From Octopus sinensis (lineage: Eukaryota), in the NCBI RefSeq assembly GCF_006345805.1, contig NC_043003.1:68386001-68450000 (forward strand): a stretch of DNA of 64,000 nt, written 5' to 3'. Below, one piece after another: positions 26,445 to 39,716 of the stretch; positions within the stretch are counted from its first letter, which is position 1, and each line of letters begins with the position of its first letter. Both the position numbers and the translations under genes were made by a program. The notes below the pieces were generated by a model. That model saw nothing but the letters and a program-made list of their open reading frames with translations. It was not told where the DNA came from and did not search any database.

Positions 26445-27196
26445 CTGTGTGTCTGTGTGTGTGTGTGTGTACGTGTATATATATATATATATATTATATA
26501 CATATATATATACATATATATATGCATACACACACACACACATACATAAGTACACACACACACATTCATATATGCGTGCATATATGAATAATTATTTAAG
26601 AAGCTTTTCGTATTGTCTCTGTCTTCTATTCCATTACTTGATGCGTCAAAAATATTCGTAAAATGTATTAGTGTGTCTCCTGGCGTGCTTTCCTTCATAT
26701 GTGAGTGCGTACAATGTTATTAGATATAGTATTCCGAAGTCTTTGATCTTTCTGCGTAACGTCTCTGATAAAGACTACATCGTTGCAAAAGCACATTAGA
26801 AAAGTTGAGTAATTTATCACAATTACATACTTACTATTATAGAGTTAATTAAATCATCTCTTTATATTAAGATATGCATTCGAATAGCTTTCATGTGTGT
26901 CGGTGTGTCTGTCTGAGCGCGTCTACGTGAGTTTTTCTACTTCAAGATATATGTGTGTGTATTTGTGTGTGCGTATGTATGAATATGAACATTCAATACC
27001 TATGAATACAAGTAAAGATATGTATATATGTGGTTACACCAACACACAACACGTATACGTGTTTATATATATATATATGCATACGTGCATACATAGGTAT
27101 AGAGTATCTTTGTATAAACGCATGTATGTACGTTAGTATTGTTTATGCGCATATACATATGAATGTATATAATTATATCCACACCTATCTAAATGC

Positions 27197-27230
<34 letters not shown>

Positions 27231-27282
27231 TACACATACGCATATATATATACATACATATGTATATATATATATATATATA

Positions 27283-27320
<38 letters not shown>

Positions 27321-28008
27321 TATAGCGGGGTGCGTATGTATATGGACATGCGTGCGTGTGTGAGTACGTGCATACGTGCGAGCTTTCGGGCATATGTATG
27401 TATGTGTGTGTGTGTATGTATGTGTGTGTGTGTGCGCGTGTGTGCATGTGTGTTTGCGTGTGTGTATGTACGTACACGGATACATAATTCTATAAAGTGT
27501 TAGTCCTGTACCACTTCGAAATATATTTCCTTTTCAGTCTCATATTGACTCGTTATTATACTTCTCTGTATTTCAACATAGTTTACATTTATTCTTTCAT
27601 TCACAGTAATTTTGCCTGCATTAGTTTTACTTCTATGAATAGCGTCTATGAATGCAATATATATTATCTCTCTAAACTAATAATTTCAGCTATTTACTTG
27701 ACGTATATTCAAGTCGTCTGTGAAGTTTGTGCCGAAGATCAGAGTTGAAACGAATCTCTTACTTTGATTTTCTGATTTCATTTGTTTTGACAACGAAATG
27801 AACGAAATGAAAACGGCATTACATATATATATACATATATATATGTATATATGTATATCTATCTATATATATATATATAATATATATAATATATATATAT
27901 GTATATATATACATACATACATATCTATATGTACATATCTATGTACATAGTTGTATGTATATATATATACGTAATTATACTTTATGTATATATATATATA
28001 TATTTGTA

Positions 28009-28083
<75 letters not shown>

Positions 28084-28320
28084 TCATACATATATATACG
28101 TAATCATACTTATATATATATTTAAGTTTATAAGCACTTATTCATATATATATATTCATATAGTCACATATGCAAACAGATATAAACACATATATATGTG
28201 TATATAAGTGCGTTTTTATGTGTAAGAATGTCTATGCATTTTTATACATAGATATGTGTGAGTGTGTTGTGTGTATGCCTGTGTGCGTATGAGACACACA
28301 CACACAAAGATAGAGTGAGA
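26445..28320. repeat. (TA)n/(TG)n/(CA)n microsatellite-rich block
   Basis: Direct reading. Confidence 0.9.
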
Positions 28321-28882
28321 GAGTATGTGTTTAATCTTTGCTATTTATCATAAATGTTTGTTGTTCACTTCCACTTTTAACAGATAGGCTTCTCAAAATT
28401 GTTTCGGCAACATGACATTTCCTTCATATATATTACTAATTTGTTAAAAACTAAAAGTCCTATCTTAAAGTAGTAGAGCTAGATATATCGGCAAGCTGGA
28501 ACTTGTAATATTCATAAAGGTTAAGTTGGCTAATTATCACACAGGGTAAAATGCTCACGGGCATTTCGCTTTTCTTTACTTTGAGAGTTCAAATACTGCC
28601 GAGATCGACTTCGCATTTCACCTTTCGGTGATCGATAAAATAAGTGCCAATTGAGCACTGAGGTGGATCTAAGCGACTGAGTCCCTTCCCCTAAATACTG
28701 GCCTTATGCCAAAATTTTAATCCAATATTCCTAAACGTTAAATCTCGTACTCAAATCATATTGAAGGTAAGGCGGTAAGATTGTGCCTAATCAAACTACT
28801 CATACATGTATGTGATTTAGGCAAAGGAAAACCACATTATTTACATTGGATGGATATGTTTCCTCATCTTGTTTTTTGTTAC

Positions 28883-28924
28883 CACAACGTTTCGGCTGGT
28901 TTCCTCTCCAGCCTTCATCAGGTG
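28883..28924 (-). ncRNA. Minimal type I hammerhead ribozyme motif
   Basis: Minus strand: cac-CUGAUGA-a-ggcugg(agaggaaa)ccagcc-GAAA-cg-UU-gug. Stem I is cac/gug, stem II has 6 bp, stem III is the palindromic aacguu. Confidence 0.7.
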
Positions 28925-28984
28925 ACCTGGCAGATTTTTAAACCTTACCCTAGGTTTATTCCTAAGGTATGTTTTTGCTGATGC

Positions 28985-29033
<49 letters not shown>

Positions 29034-29097
29034 TTATTATTATTATTATTACTTGAATAAATAATAATAACAATAATAACAATAATAATAATAATAA

Positions 29098-29176
<79 letters not shown>

Positions 29177-31003
29177 CTCTTTTGTTTAGCCTTAATATCT
29201 CTCTCAAAACAGCTGAATAACGCGCAGTACGGGTATAAAATGTTTGATAAAAATATAAATCATCTCATTTAGATGGATGATTTAAAGCTTTTTGCAAAAA
29301 ATGACCAACAACTCAAGGGCTTACTATCGATAGTCAAACAATTCAGTGACGACATCAGAATGCAATTCGGCCTCGATAAATGTGCAAAAGCTACCTTTAT
29401 CAAAGGAAAAATGACAGAAATATCTAACGTTAACCTTCACCAGCAGAATGTCATAAAAGAACTAAACCCAGCGGAGAGCTACAAGTACCTAGGGGTAATT
29501 GAAGGGAACGGAATAAGGCATTCAGAGATGAAGGAAAGGATCAGGAGAGAATGTTTTCGAAGAGTGAGAGCAACACTCAAGACAGAGCTGAATGCAAGAA
29601 ACAGGATCGAAGCGATCAATGCATTAGCCATACCAGTCGTGACTTACAGTTTCAATATCGTTAACTGGTCAATTACTGAAATATGTCAGCTCGACAGAAA
29701 AATAAGAAAACTGTTGACAATGCATAGAATGCACTACCCTAAGGCAGATACAGAACGACTTTATCTGCCAGGAAAAGAGAGAGGCTGTGGTCTTTTGCAA
29801 CTGGCAATAACAATGAAGATTGCTACAATTGCCCTAGACACCTACCCGAAAAAGTCTGAGGACTGGATGTTAAAACTTGTCTCAAAACATGAAAACAAGA
29901 AAGCATCATACTCAGTAACAAAACAGGCAAAGGAATATCTAAGTGAATTCTGAATACAACAAATTTCGGAATTAGAGATAGACATACAAGAAACAAGCAC
30001 AGAAAAAGCTAGGCGCATGAAAACCCGTGCCAAAACTGCGGCCTTAGATATTCTGAATAATAAATGGCAAGAAAAACCTTTCTATGGCAAATACCCAAAG
30101 AGAGCGAATAATGCAGATATTGACAAAGCCCTTACCCATCAATGGCTAATGGCCTCTGGCTTAAAATCTAAAACAGAAGGGTTTATCATAGCAGCTGAAG
30201 ATCAATGCCTACCAACAAGAAACTACTAGGCCAACATATTAAAGAACGGCAGTAGCCCAACATGTCGTGTATGCCGACAACAAAATGAAACCATTGATCA
30301 TGTTGTCTTCAAATGCAGTCTTCTAGCGCCTACAGAGTACCTCAACAGGCATGATATAGCTGCACAATATTTGCAAAAACCTGGATTTGCCCCATGAAAA
30401 AAACTGGTGGCAACACAATCCTCCTCCAGTGCTTGAAAATGACCACATCTCACTCCTCTGGAACTTCACCATTCAAACTGACAGAAAGATAGATGCAAAT
30501 AGGCCAGACATCATATTGAAAGACTTCGGACAAAGAACATGCCTCCTCATTGATATGACTGTATATAAACGTATCTGTCAAGACCTACTAAAAACTGAGC
30601 AAATATAAAGATCTTGAAATAGAAATCAGCAAAATGTGGAACCTGAAGACTAAAACAATACTTGTTGTCATAGGTGCCCTGGGAATGATAGCGAAAGGGG
30701 CTGATTGCTACCTAACTCAGATACCAGGAGACCCCAAAATGACAGAAATTCAAAAGATAGTGCTCATGGGAACTGCTCATATCTTACGCAAAATACTCTC
30801 TATGTAATCCCAAGGTTTAAAATAAACTTTTTTTTTTAATTTATGTATTAGACATTCACTAGTACAACACCAAGAAACAATCCCAAATATATGGCACACT
30901 AGGCATAACAACAACGTGAACTTCCAACCTGTTGTCTCTTGAGGTCTCTGGGTGAGACTTGGAGCCAACTTGTGCAGACATAAAGCAAAAGTCAAACATA
31001 GAA
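29177..31003 (+). mobile_element. 5'-truncated R4/Dong-type LINE (RT from the YMDD region, CCHC knuckle, RLE, 3' UTR)
   Basis: INHLI*MDDLKLFA...FGLDKCAK...YKYLG...RLYLP; CRVCRQQNETIDHVVFKC; RHD; RPDII...KYKDL...GALG. (TAA)n at both ends; several stops and frameshifts. Confidence 0.93.
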
Positions 31004-31098
31004 ACTAATAATAATAATAATAATAATGATATCAACAACAACAACAATAAAATCGAAAATACCTTAGGAATGAGAACCCAGGTTCGAAATTTCCCCAA

Positions 31099-31144
31099 GA
31101 TACCTGATGAAGGCTGGAGGGTATATCAACCGAAATGTTGTGTT
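31099..31144 (+). ncRNA. Minimal type I hammerhead ribozyme motif (slightly degenerate)
   Basis: gauac-CUGAUGA-a-ggcug(gaggguauau)caacc-GAAA-ug-UU-guguu. Homologous to, and inverted relative to, 28883-28924. Confidence 0.6.
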
Positions 31145-32280
31145 AACAACAAACAACATGAGAACAAATATCCGTCAATCATAAATAATGTAAATAATGT
31201 ACATAATTCCTCATCTCTTAAATATAGAACTGTATCAATCTTCCACGTTTGAGATTTAATTAAGTAATGTTCTTTCATCAGTTTAATAGTGAGATCCTAA
31301 ACTTTCGCTTCGTTATATAACGTAAGTTTATGTAGACGAGTACGTTGTATGACTCTTAATATAAGCAGTCGGATCTATGTTAAATTAGTGAGCTTGTCTA
31401 TGGCTTAGATGCTATCCTTGAGGTCTTCTTGATAGATTATGAGAAGAAACTACTCCAATGACTACATGACTGCCTTCCATCGTTAATGGTTTCAGCCGGG
31501 CAGTTGATTTATATGCTTAATACGTCGATTGATGGACCATATACTGAGTTGATGGGAAAGAAAATAAGATATTGCGGCATTCTATGTTTTTCTAAAGAGC
31601 TAGCGGCTAAATGAAGATATCAAAACTCAACTTCTCCAACCGCGGGTTCAATTTGGTGCTCTACGTGTCGTTCGCTATTGATTGGTTAGATATTAATAAC
31701 GTCAATATACACAGTATTCAACAGAGAATAATATTTCATTACAATGTAATTTTTCTTTAAGTAGGATTGTTGATATAAGCCAGTATTATATTCTGCATCG
31801 CAAGGAAAATTATTTTAAACTAGAGTTATGATTTAAACGGACCGTGTTCAATCAGATGAAAAATTTCATTCAGATGGGAAATTTCAAAATCTTGTCGCAA
31901 AATTTCATTATTCTAATATAATATCAACTCCCAGTGTTGTAAAATCAACAACACTCTTCAAACAAACCAAATCTTCACTGAATTACAATCATTGATGTGT
32001 GTAGACTACTAAAGAAAACTAAAATTACTGAATCGTTAATAATATTTTTATAAGTGTTTTAATGGTTTCTACGCTGCAATACGTATAAATGATTTCTTCT
32101 TCTTCACATGATATTATTTGTGTTGATGCTAGTTCGCTTTATTACAAGTCGGCTAAGTAGCAAAAGCAGTAGGACTCTTGACAGTATGGGATACAATTCA
32201 AAGGCCGCGAGCTTGTAGAATGCTTATCAGTATTTCTTCCTTCTTTATGTTTTGAGTTCAACTGCCGACAGAGACAGACA

Positions 32281-32748
32281 CGACAGAGTGGAGACCTTCA
32301 TACACTGGAAACTATGCCAACATTATGGAATAGCAACAGAACAAAGATGGTATAGGCACACCCCAGGAAAAGGCCACAGAAAACGAGAAAGCAACCATAC
32401 TCTGGGATATGCCAATACACACAGATAGAGAAATTAAGGCCAACAGACCAGATATAGTTGTCAGAGATCATGAGGAAAAAAATGCTTTCTAATTGATGTA
32501 TCAATACCAACATATGACAACGTGTCTCTAAAATAAATAGAGAAACTTTCAAAATACAAAGACCTGGAAATAGAGGTAACTCGAATGTAACCTAAAAACA
32601 GAAGCAATTCCTATCATAGTAGGTGCATTAGGCATAATAAAAAAAATATTCAGACAAATACATAACAAAAACACCAGGACTTACAAACACATATAACATG
32701 CAGAAAATTGCACTACTAGGCACTGCATACATCCTACGCAAAACACAT
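32281..32748 (+). mobile_element. R4/Dong-type LINE RLE fragment (same subfamily as 5336-6021)
   Basis: Near-identical to 5437-5910. Confidence 0.9.
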
Positions 32749-32824
32749 TAATTCATATCTTATGGCCGAAATTTGGTAAAGAGAAGCAGTGCAATAATCT
32801 GTATTCTCTTCCTTCTTATCCGCT

Positions 32825-33137
32825 GTTGACTTACCACATCTTGCAGCGGGCAAGAACACATATTAGCAATTCAGAAACACACAAACACCGTTGACTTCAT
32901 TTACTAATATGATGTGAAATTCGCCGATCCAAACTGCTCGCTAATCACAGACAACGTTGTAACCAGGTCAGTGATGTACAGTGCAACAACGTTGTCGGCG
33001 AAAACATCGCAGTGTGGATCGGTGAAAATTTTCACACCAAATTACAAACCTTAAATGTTTAAGTGAAATTAACGGTCTCTGTGTGTTTCTAAACGGTTAA
33101 TTTATGTCTTCTATTATGTGGTCATTTTAGTGTCAAC
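32825..33137. repeat. Imperfect ~310 bp palindrome (MITE/fold-back element)
   Basis: agaaacacacaaacaccgttgacttcattta / taagtgaaattaacggtctctgtgtgtttct; gtgaaattcgccgatccaaactgc / gcagtgtggatcggtgaaaattttcac; gacaacgttg / caacgttgtc. Confidence 0.75.
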
Positions 33138-33350
33138 ACAGGTATCTCAGATCAAAACACTTGCCATACAAGTACAAACGTCGTAATCAACCTAAAAAAA
33201 ACTTCACTTCGAAATGGTGCATGAAAGAACGTGGCATGAGGCAATTTTAAAGTGCCTTGACGACTCGGCCTGTGCATTTAATAAACAAATCCCTTGGCTT
33301 TCCTAGATAGAGACGTCAATTCATATATCCTACACAAAATGTCAGATGTA

Positions 33351-34631
33351 CGAGGGGTGTTCAATAAGTAATGCCCTTGACCCCCTTCCCATAGCAGTAG
33401 AGCAACGGAATTTGGCACAGTTATTAGTCTTTTTCTACATAGAAACCACCTAGAGTTACGCATTTCTCCCATCGTTTGATGCAGCTGTGGAGACCGTTTT
33501 TGTAGAAGACCCCAGCTTGGTCCTCCAACCACGACGTGACTTCAAAAATCAAGGCTGCATCATCTGGGAAACGCTTTCCTTTCAAAAACAACTTCATGGC
33601 TTGGAAGAGGTGAAAATCAGAGGGTGCAAGGTCAGGAGAGTAGGTGGGGGAGTTCATAGCCGCACGCCTGTGCTTCTGATATGGCGACACGTGAGTTGTG
33701 GACCGGAGCGTTGTCCTGCAGGAGGAGGATGCCTTTGCTGATCTTGCCCCGCCTCTTGATTTTGATAGCTTCTCTTAATTTCCTCAAAAGTGAAGCATAA
33801 TAGGATCCTGTAATTTTGGTACCCTTTGCCAGGAAATCTGTCATCACTACTCCGTATTGGTCCCAGAAGACTGTGAGCATGACCTTGCCAGCGGAGGGCT
33901 GCACCCTTGCCTTCTTTGGAGGAGTTGAGTCACGGTGCTTCCACTGCATTAGCTGGGCTTTGGTCTCTAGATCATAATGATGGACCCAGGTTTCATCCTG
34001 TGTAATCAGTCTTTTGAAAAATTTTGACTCATCTTCTTGGCACATCTCCAAATTTATCCTCGAGCACTCGATGCGTTCTTGCTTCTGGAAAGGTGTGAGC
34101 AACCTGGGAATCCATCTGGCAGACACCTTTTGCATATGCAAATGGTCATGAATGATAGTTTCCACAGACCCGATACTAATCTTGACCTCGTGGGCTATTT
34201 GGCGAATAGCTATGCGTCAATCTTCCAAAATGGCAGCCTCAGCTTGACGGACACATGCCACATCAATGGCAGAAGGGGGGGGCACCAGATCTGGGAGCTG
34301 TTTCCACAGAGTTCCGACCATGTTTGAATTCACAATGCCAGTGTTTTACAAGGTCATATGATGGGGCATCATCACCATAAGTTATTTTCATTTCATCAAA
34401 CGTCTCCCGTGGTGTGCGTCAAATACAAAAGCCTGATCACTGCTCGAAACTCAACAGGCTCCATTTCACACTTGACTCAGTTCAAACCCCTGTACATCAG
34501 AAACCACAATTAGTTCAGAGCTGTAATTTGCCACTTAATCTATAGAGTGATAAATAATTTCACATGCAAAATTTCAGCTAGATCAAACAACTGCGAGTGG
34601 GTCAGGGGCATTACCTATTGAACGCCCCTCG
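33351..34631 (-). mobile_element. Full-length mariner transposon (1281 bp), transposase frameshifted
   Basis: TA|cgaggggtgttcaataagtaatgccc ... gggcattacctattgaacgcccctcg|TA TIRs with a TA target duplication. Confidence 0.95.
33424..34464 (-). pseudogene. mariner D,D34D transposase pseudogene
   Basis: Starts MEPVEFRAVIRLLYL. Motifs WIPRLL, ITQDETW, LLLQDNAPVH and YSPDLAPSDFHLF, split across ORFs 33632-34165 and 33424-33690. Confidence 0.93.
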
Positions 34632-34957
34632 TAATATCGTTTGTCTTCTACGTCTTGCACTTAGAAAGTTAATATAGTCATACAATGCAATTTAATATAA
34701 GAGGCAATACAGAATCACTACGAAATTCGTCACGGTTGAGTTATAATTCTTTTGGACGTCGATTTTTATATGATGAATTGTAATATGTTGTTTACAATTT
34801 CCAATATTCAAAGGTATATTCTTGGAAAGAATATGGTGTGATTTTGTAATACCTGCGTGTTAAAAGAAAATGGTAATAGACCGAACGAAATTCGCATTAA
34901 GTTATGATTTTAAACGCCATGTTTAACTACTTTATTCTTAACATATGCCGCTATAGT

Positions 34958-35530
34958 AAGGCGGCGATGTGGCAGAAATGTTAGCATGCCGGGTATTTCG
35001 TCTGCCGGTACGTTCTGATTTCAAATTCTGCCGAGGTCGACTTTGCCTTTCATCCTTTCGGGGGTCGATTAAATAAGAACCAGTTACGCACTAGAGTCAT
35101 TATAATCGACTTAATCCGTTTGCCTGTCCTTGTTTGTCCTCTCTGTGTTTAACCCCTTGTGGGTAGTAAAGAAATAGGTATTTCGTCTGCCGTTACGTTG
35201 TGAGTTCAAATTCCGCCGAGGTCGACTTTAGCTTTCATCCTTTCTGGGTTGATAAATTAAGTACTTGTTGCGTACTGGAGTCGATCTAATCCTAACCCTA
35301 ACCCTAACCCTTCCCCCAAAATTTCATGCCTTGTGCCTAGAGTAGAAAAGAATTGTTAGCAGGCCGAGCAAAAAGCTGAGCGGTATTTCGTCCGTCTTTT
35401 CATTATGCCCTGGTCGACTTTGCCTTTCATCCTTTCGGAGTCGATAAAGTAATTACCAGTTGAGCCCTGGTGTTGAGGTAATCGACTGAGCCCCTTCCCC
35501 TCAAAATTTTGTGCCAAAATTTGAAACCAT
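34958..35530 (+). mobile_element. SINE family B tandem cluster (three units)
   Basis: aaggcggcgatgtggcagaaatgttagc...gaggtcgactttgcctttcatcctttcgg, repeated three times. Confidence 0.88.
35291..35310 (-). repeat. Short interstitial telomere-like (TTAGGG)3 tract
   Basis: cctaaccctaaccctaaccc within a SINE B copy. Confidence 0.6.
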
Positions 35531-35988
35531 TCTATATTGCTATAATACGTGAGTCTGTGTGCACGTTTACATATCTATATACATCTCACATACATGCATA
35601 AGCTCACATACATACACATGTGTGTATGTATATATATATATATGTGTATGTATGTTATTTAGTAACAGTTTGATTGTTTGACTCCACGCAAGTTTTGTCA
35701 CAAAAGGAGGTAGCAGCGAATTATTTCACTTCATTAACATAAGTTTCAAATGAAGACAAGAGGAAAGCAGAAACACATCATATTTACGAAGCGGGAATTA
35801 TAGAGAACGAGAAAAGTTATGTGAATCCATCAATCTATTTATCTGTTTGCTTAAATTAAAATAATAAGGGTAAAAAATTAAATATTAATTGGATTAAAAT
35901 CAATTTAAACCAGTGACATAGCATATTGAAAAAATCTGAAGATTCAGAAAAATTATATTACATATATATAAGAGGGATGACCACTGAG

Positions 35989-36370
35989 TGGACATCCAAT
36001 ATGCTAGATGTAGACCCCATATGGTTTGACCACTAAGAAAATATTGTTCTCAAGAAAATTCAGCCATAACGCAAGCGAGCAAGACAAATGAAAGATACAA
36101 AATATAATGATTAGTCACATGTCAGGTTTCATTGTTACCACTTACATAATTACATACTATGCAATGACGGCCACACTGATGAATTACGGACATTTACGTA
36201 TGTAATTATGTAAGTGGTAACAATGGAATCTGGTATGTGACTAATCATTATATCTTGTATCTTATTTGTCTTGGTCGCTTGCGTTCAGGTGTTTGCTGAA
36301 TTTTCTTGAGATCAAGATTTTCTCAGAGGTCAGACGATTTGGGGTCTACATCTAGCATACTGGATGTCCA
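35989..36370. repeat. ~170 bp-arm fold-back (35989-36157 / 36198-36370) with a 40 nt loop
   Basis: cattgttaccacttacataattacatac / gtatgtaattatgtaagtggtaacaatg (perfect); tggacatccaatatgctagatgtagacccca / tggggtctacatctagcatactggatgtcca. Confidence 0.9.
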
Positions 36371-36904
36371 TCTAGCATACTGGATCCCCCTTATATGTAC
36401 TTGTGCATTTATATATATATATATATATATATATTTATCGCTCTTCCTATCCTTCTCACCCTATCTCTCTGTCTGTCCAACGGTCTGTCTGACTGCGAGT
36501 GTCGGCTTGCGTATTTATAAATCAATACGCCTGTTTATTTGTGTATCTATGTTTGTCTTTCTGTGTCTCATTCTTAATATCCACATCTTCTCCACCTCCA
36601 CGATTACGATCATCAGCATCCTCAGCATCAGCAGCAGCAGCAGCAGCAGCACAACCACCACCACCACCATTATCTTCACCAGCAGCAGCACCACCACCAC
36701 CACCATCATCATCATCATTATCATCATTTAGTGTCCATTTTGCATGATCTGGCGCTCAGGGCGTCATCGATCACCGATGTTAGCTCTGGCATGTTTTCTA
36801 CTGCTAAATTTTCTTCTTAATGCCAATTACATTATAGAGTGTACTCGATGCTCTTTTCATGCCACCGGCACCAGTGAAGTTGTTGTGTAAACATGCAAGA
36901 AAGA

Positions 36905-39470
36905 AAAAAAACACCGACACAACTCGGCCTATTATACCGACACAGATGAGCAGGACACGTCCACCGAACGAAATAACACTAACATCGAGGACACCAATAC
37001 TTCATCAGCAACGAGATCCCTAGTCACAGACTTGAGTGGGTCCCTCTCCCATGAAGAACTAGAACTTCTCAGTCTGGCCCCTAAATTTATAGTGAGCCAA
37101 CAGCCGAATGAAAAAAATCTTATTCTACTTGGAAGCCAACTTTTGTCGAACAGCCTACTAACTCAAATGGCAAACAGTGATAAAGAAGAAAAACAACACA
37201 CTCGGCAAATTCTCCATGTACCAACTAGACCACCCACTCCACCCACCTCCAACCAACAAAGAACTCAACCACAAACTATCCAGATTGAACCAATCTCCAA
37301 CAACTTAAGGAAGGAATCGAAAACAACTCCAAACTTAACCAAGGAGCAACATAAAATACTGACTAAACTACAACAAAAAAATCTTGTATAATTACCATCA
37401 GATAAAGGAAAAGAAATCGGCGTGATTTCTTGTGAAATATATGATAGGCTGGCACAAGAACATTTAAGCAATGACAGGTTATATTCTGAAGTGACAGATA
37501 TAACTGCGACCAGGATTGAGGACCGAATTAATACCGCATGGGCGGACATCTGTAGACGGTGACAAATATATGATCAATTCAAGAACAGTAGATTACCCAG
37601 ATTTTATCACCTCATTAAAACACGCAAGAATTTCAACACGATCCAGGTTAGACCCATCGTCTTCAGTGTGGAAGGACCTCTATATAAAATATCTGGTTAC
37701 TTTCTCACATCCTGAAACCCATACTCACCACCTTTCAAGGACACGTCAAGAACTCTGACTAAGTCATCAAAACACTGCACCAATTATCCCTAGACCAGCT
37801 CAAGCAAAACAGATATGCCTTTAGCCTTGATGTTGTCTCAATTTACACAACGGTGCCAGCACACTCGGCGGTCAACCTATTGACTGATTGTATAATAGCG
37901 TCCAATATTCAATGCTTCGGACTTACCGCAGCAGATATACATCAACTTTTATCCATCATCAGTGAACAACACATACTTCTCTTTCCAGGACCACATATAC
38001 AGACAGACAGCAGGTCTTCCCATGGGATCCAGTCACTCAGGCCTACTAGCCATCATTTATATGAAACATATGGAAAGTCGAGCACTCAACATCTACCGCT
38101 CATACGCCTTCTTCACCAGGTACGTAGATGGCATCCTCATACTCACACACTCCCGCGAAGAAGCTGACAGAATATTCACGACGTTCAGTAACATGGACAT
38201 GAAAATAAAGTTCACTACAGAACATCCCGACATCACTGGATTGCTATCACTACTTGACTTCAAAGTGAATATAACGGGAGAAGGGGAGATCCACACCGAG
38301 TTCTACAGGAAAGCAGCTAGTAGAGATATCTTTGTCCAATACAATTCAGCACTTCCACTCGGTGCCAATATAGGGTACGCCAGAAATGAACTTGCACACA
38401 TCCAGGGCAAGTGCAGTAGAACGGAGGACAAGGTGACCCACACTACACGCTTCCTAGATATATTGAAAACCAACAGGTACCGTAATTGGCTTAAGTAGCC
38501 AAGACGACCAACACACCAAACACATAGAAAGACCAGCAACACATTCTTCCTTAAAATACCCCATTTTAGCGAGAAGCTAACTACAGCCATACGAAGAGAA
38601 GGGCTAGAATATAAGAAGCCCACTCCGGCCCGACCCTAAGAGGATACCTCGCAAAGATACGAACGAGGGACAACAATCAATGCACACTAACAAACTGTCC
38701 CATCCGTGATACAAATTGATGCCAACGGGTAAATGTTATGTATAGAATACAATGTAACACATGCAACAAGTTGTACCTGGGTAGCACAATGCCGTTACAC
38801 ATCCGCATCAACGAACATCTGAACACGAGAGCCTTGTTCTTCAGAAAACATCTAGACAGATGATAGAACACCGACAAAAGCTTAACAGTCACAACTGAGG
38901 TCAATCAAAGAAATTTGCGTTATTTAAGAATTAAGGAAGCTATACTCATACACAGCCTAGAACCCAAAATTAACAACAGGCGGGAGCTTGGTAATCAATA
39001 TATTATTTAGATATATCTGGATGCGTGTAGGTTCATTCCTGATATGCTCCTCTCTAGTCTATAGCAAAAAATGAAGAGAAGAGAAAAAAGAAGAGGAAAA
39101 AAAGGAAGCTGCACGTATAATACATAACTTAGAAGCAGCGTTACAGATGTACCGACACGCTCGAGATTGAGACTTGGCCGACCTCACACACTTCTATTGA
39201 GGAGTTCCAGAAGGAGCTTTGTGAGACCACTGCTGAGACACTTCCGATAAAGGAAAAGCGGTTAGAAAACCGATTATAGGCAGCGACTCCATCTAAGAAT
39301 ATCTGAAGAAAGAATTTTATTCCAGTATATCATAAGATTATGGATGACTAAATAACAATATAGCCCACTGTTTGTATTATAGTGCATTGTTGTACCATTC
39401 AAAACTTTTTTTTTCTTTACACACAAACAATACACAATGCTTCAAAGAGAACTACAATACTTTCCTATAT
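36905..39470 (+). mobile_element. Penelope-like retroelement remnant (RT + GIY-YIG endonuclease)
   Basis: LLSLAPKF; NLTKEQ...LPSDKG; FYHLIK; RPIV; FSLDVVSIYTTVP; YRQTAGLPMGS; RYVDG; FTTE; LDFKV; FYRK; then VMYRIQCNTCNKLYLGST...RINEH...IKEAILI...PKIN. Multiple frameshifts and stops; boundaries approximate. Confidence 0.92.
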
Positions 39471-39577
39471 GTATATATATATCGAGAGAGAGAGAGAAAT
39501 ATAGAGATAGAGAGACAGACATATAGATATATAAATAGATACAGATATATATATATATATATATGATATATATATAG

Positions 39578-39608
<31 letters not shown>

Positions 39609-39619
39609 TATATATAGAT

Positions 39620-39716
<97 letters not shown>

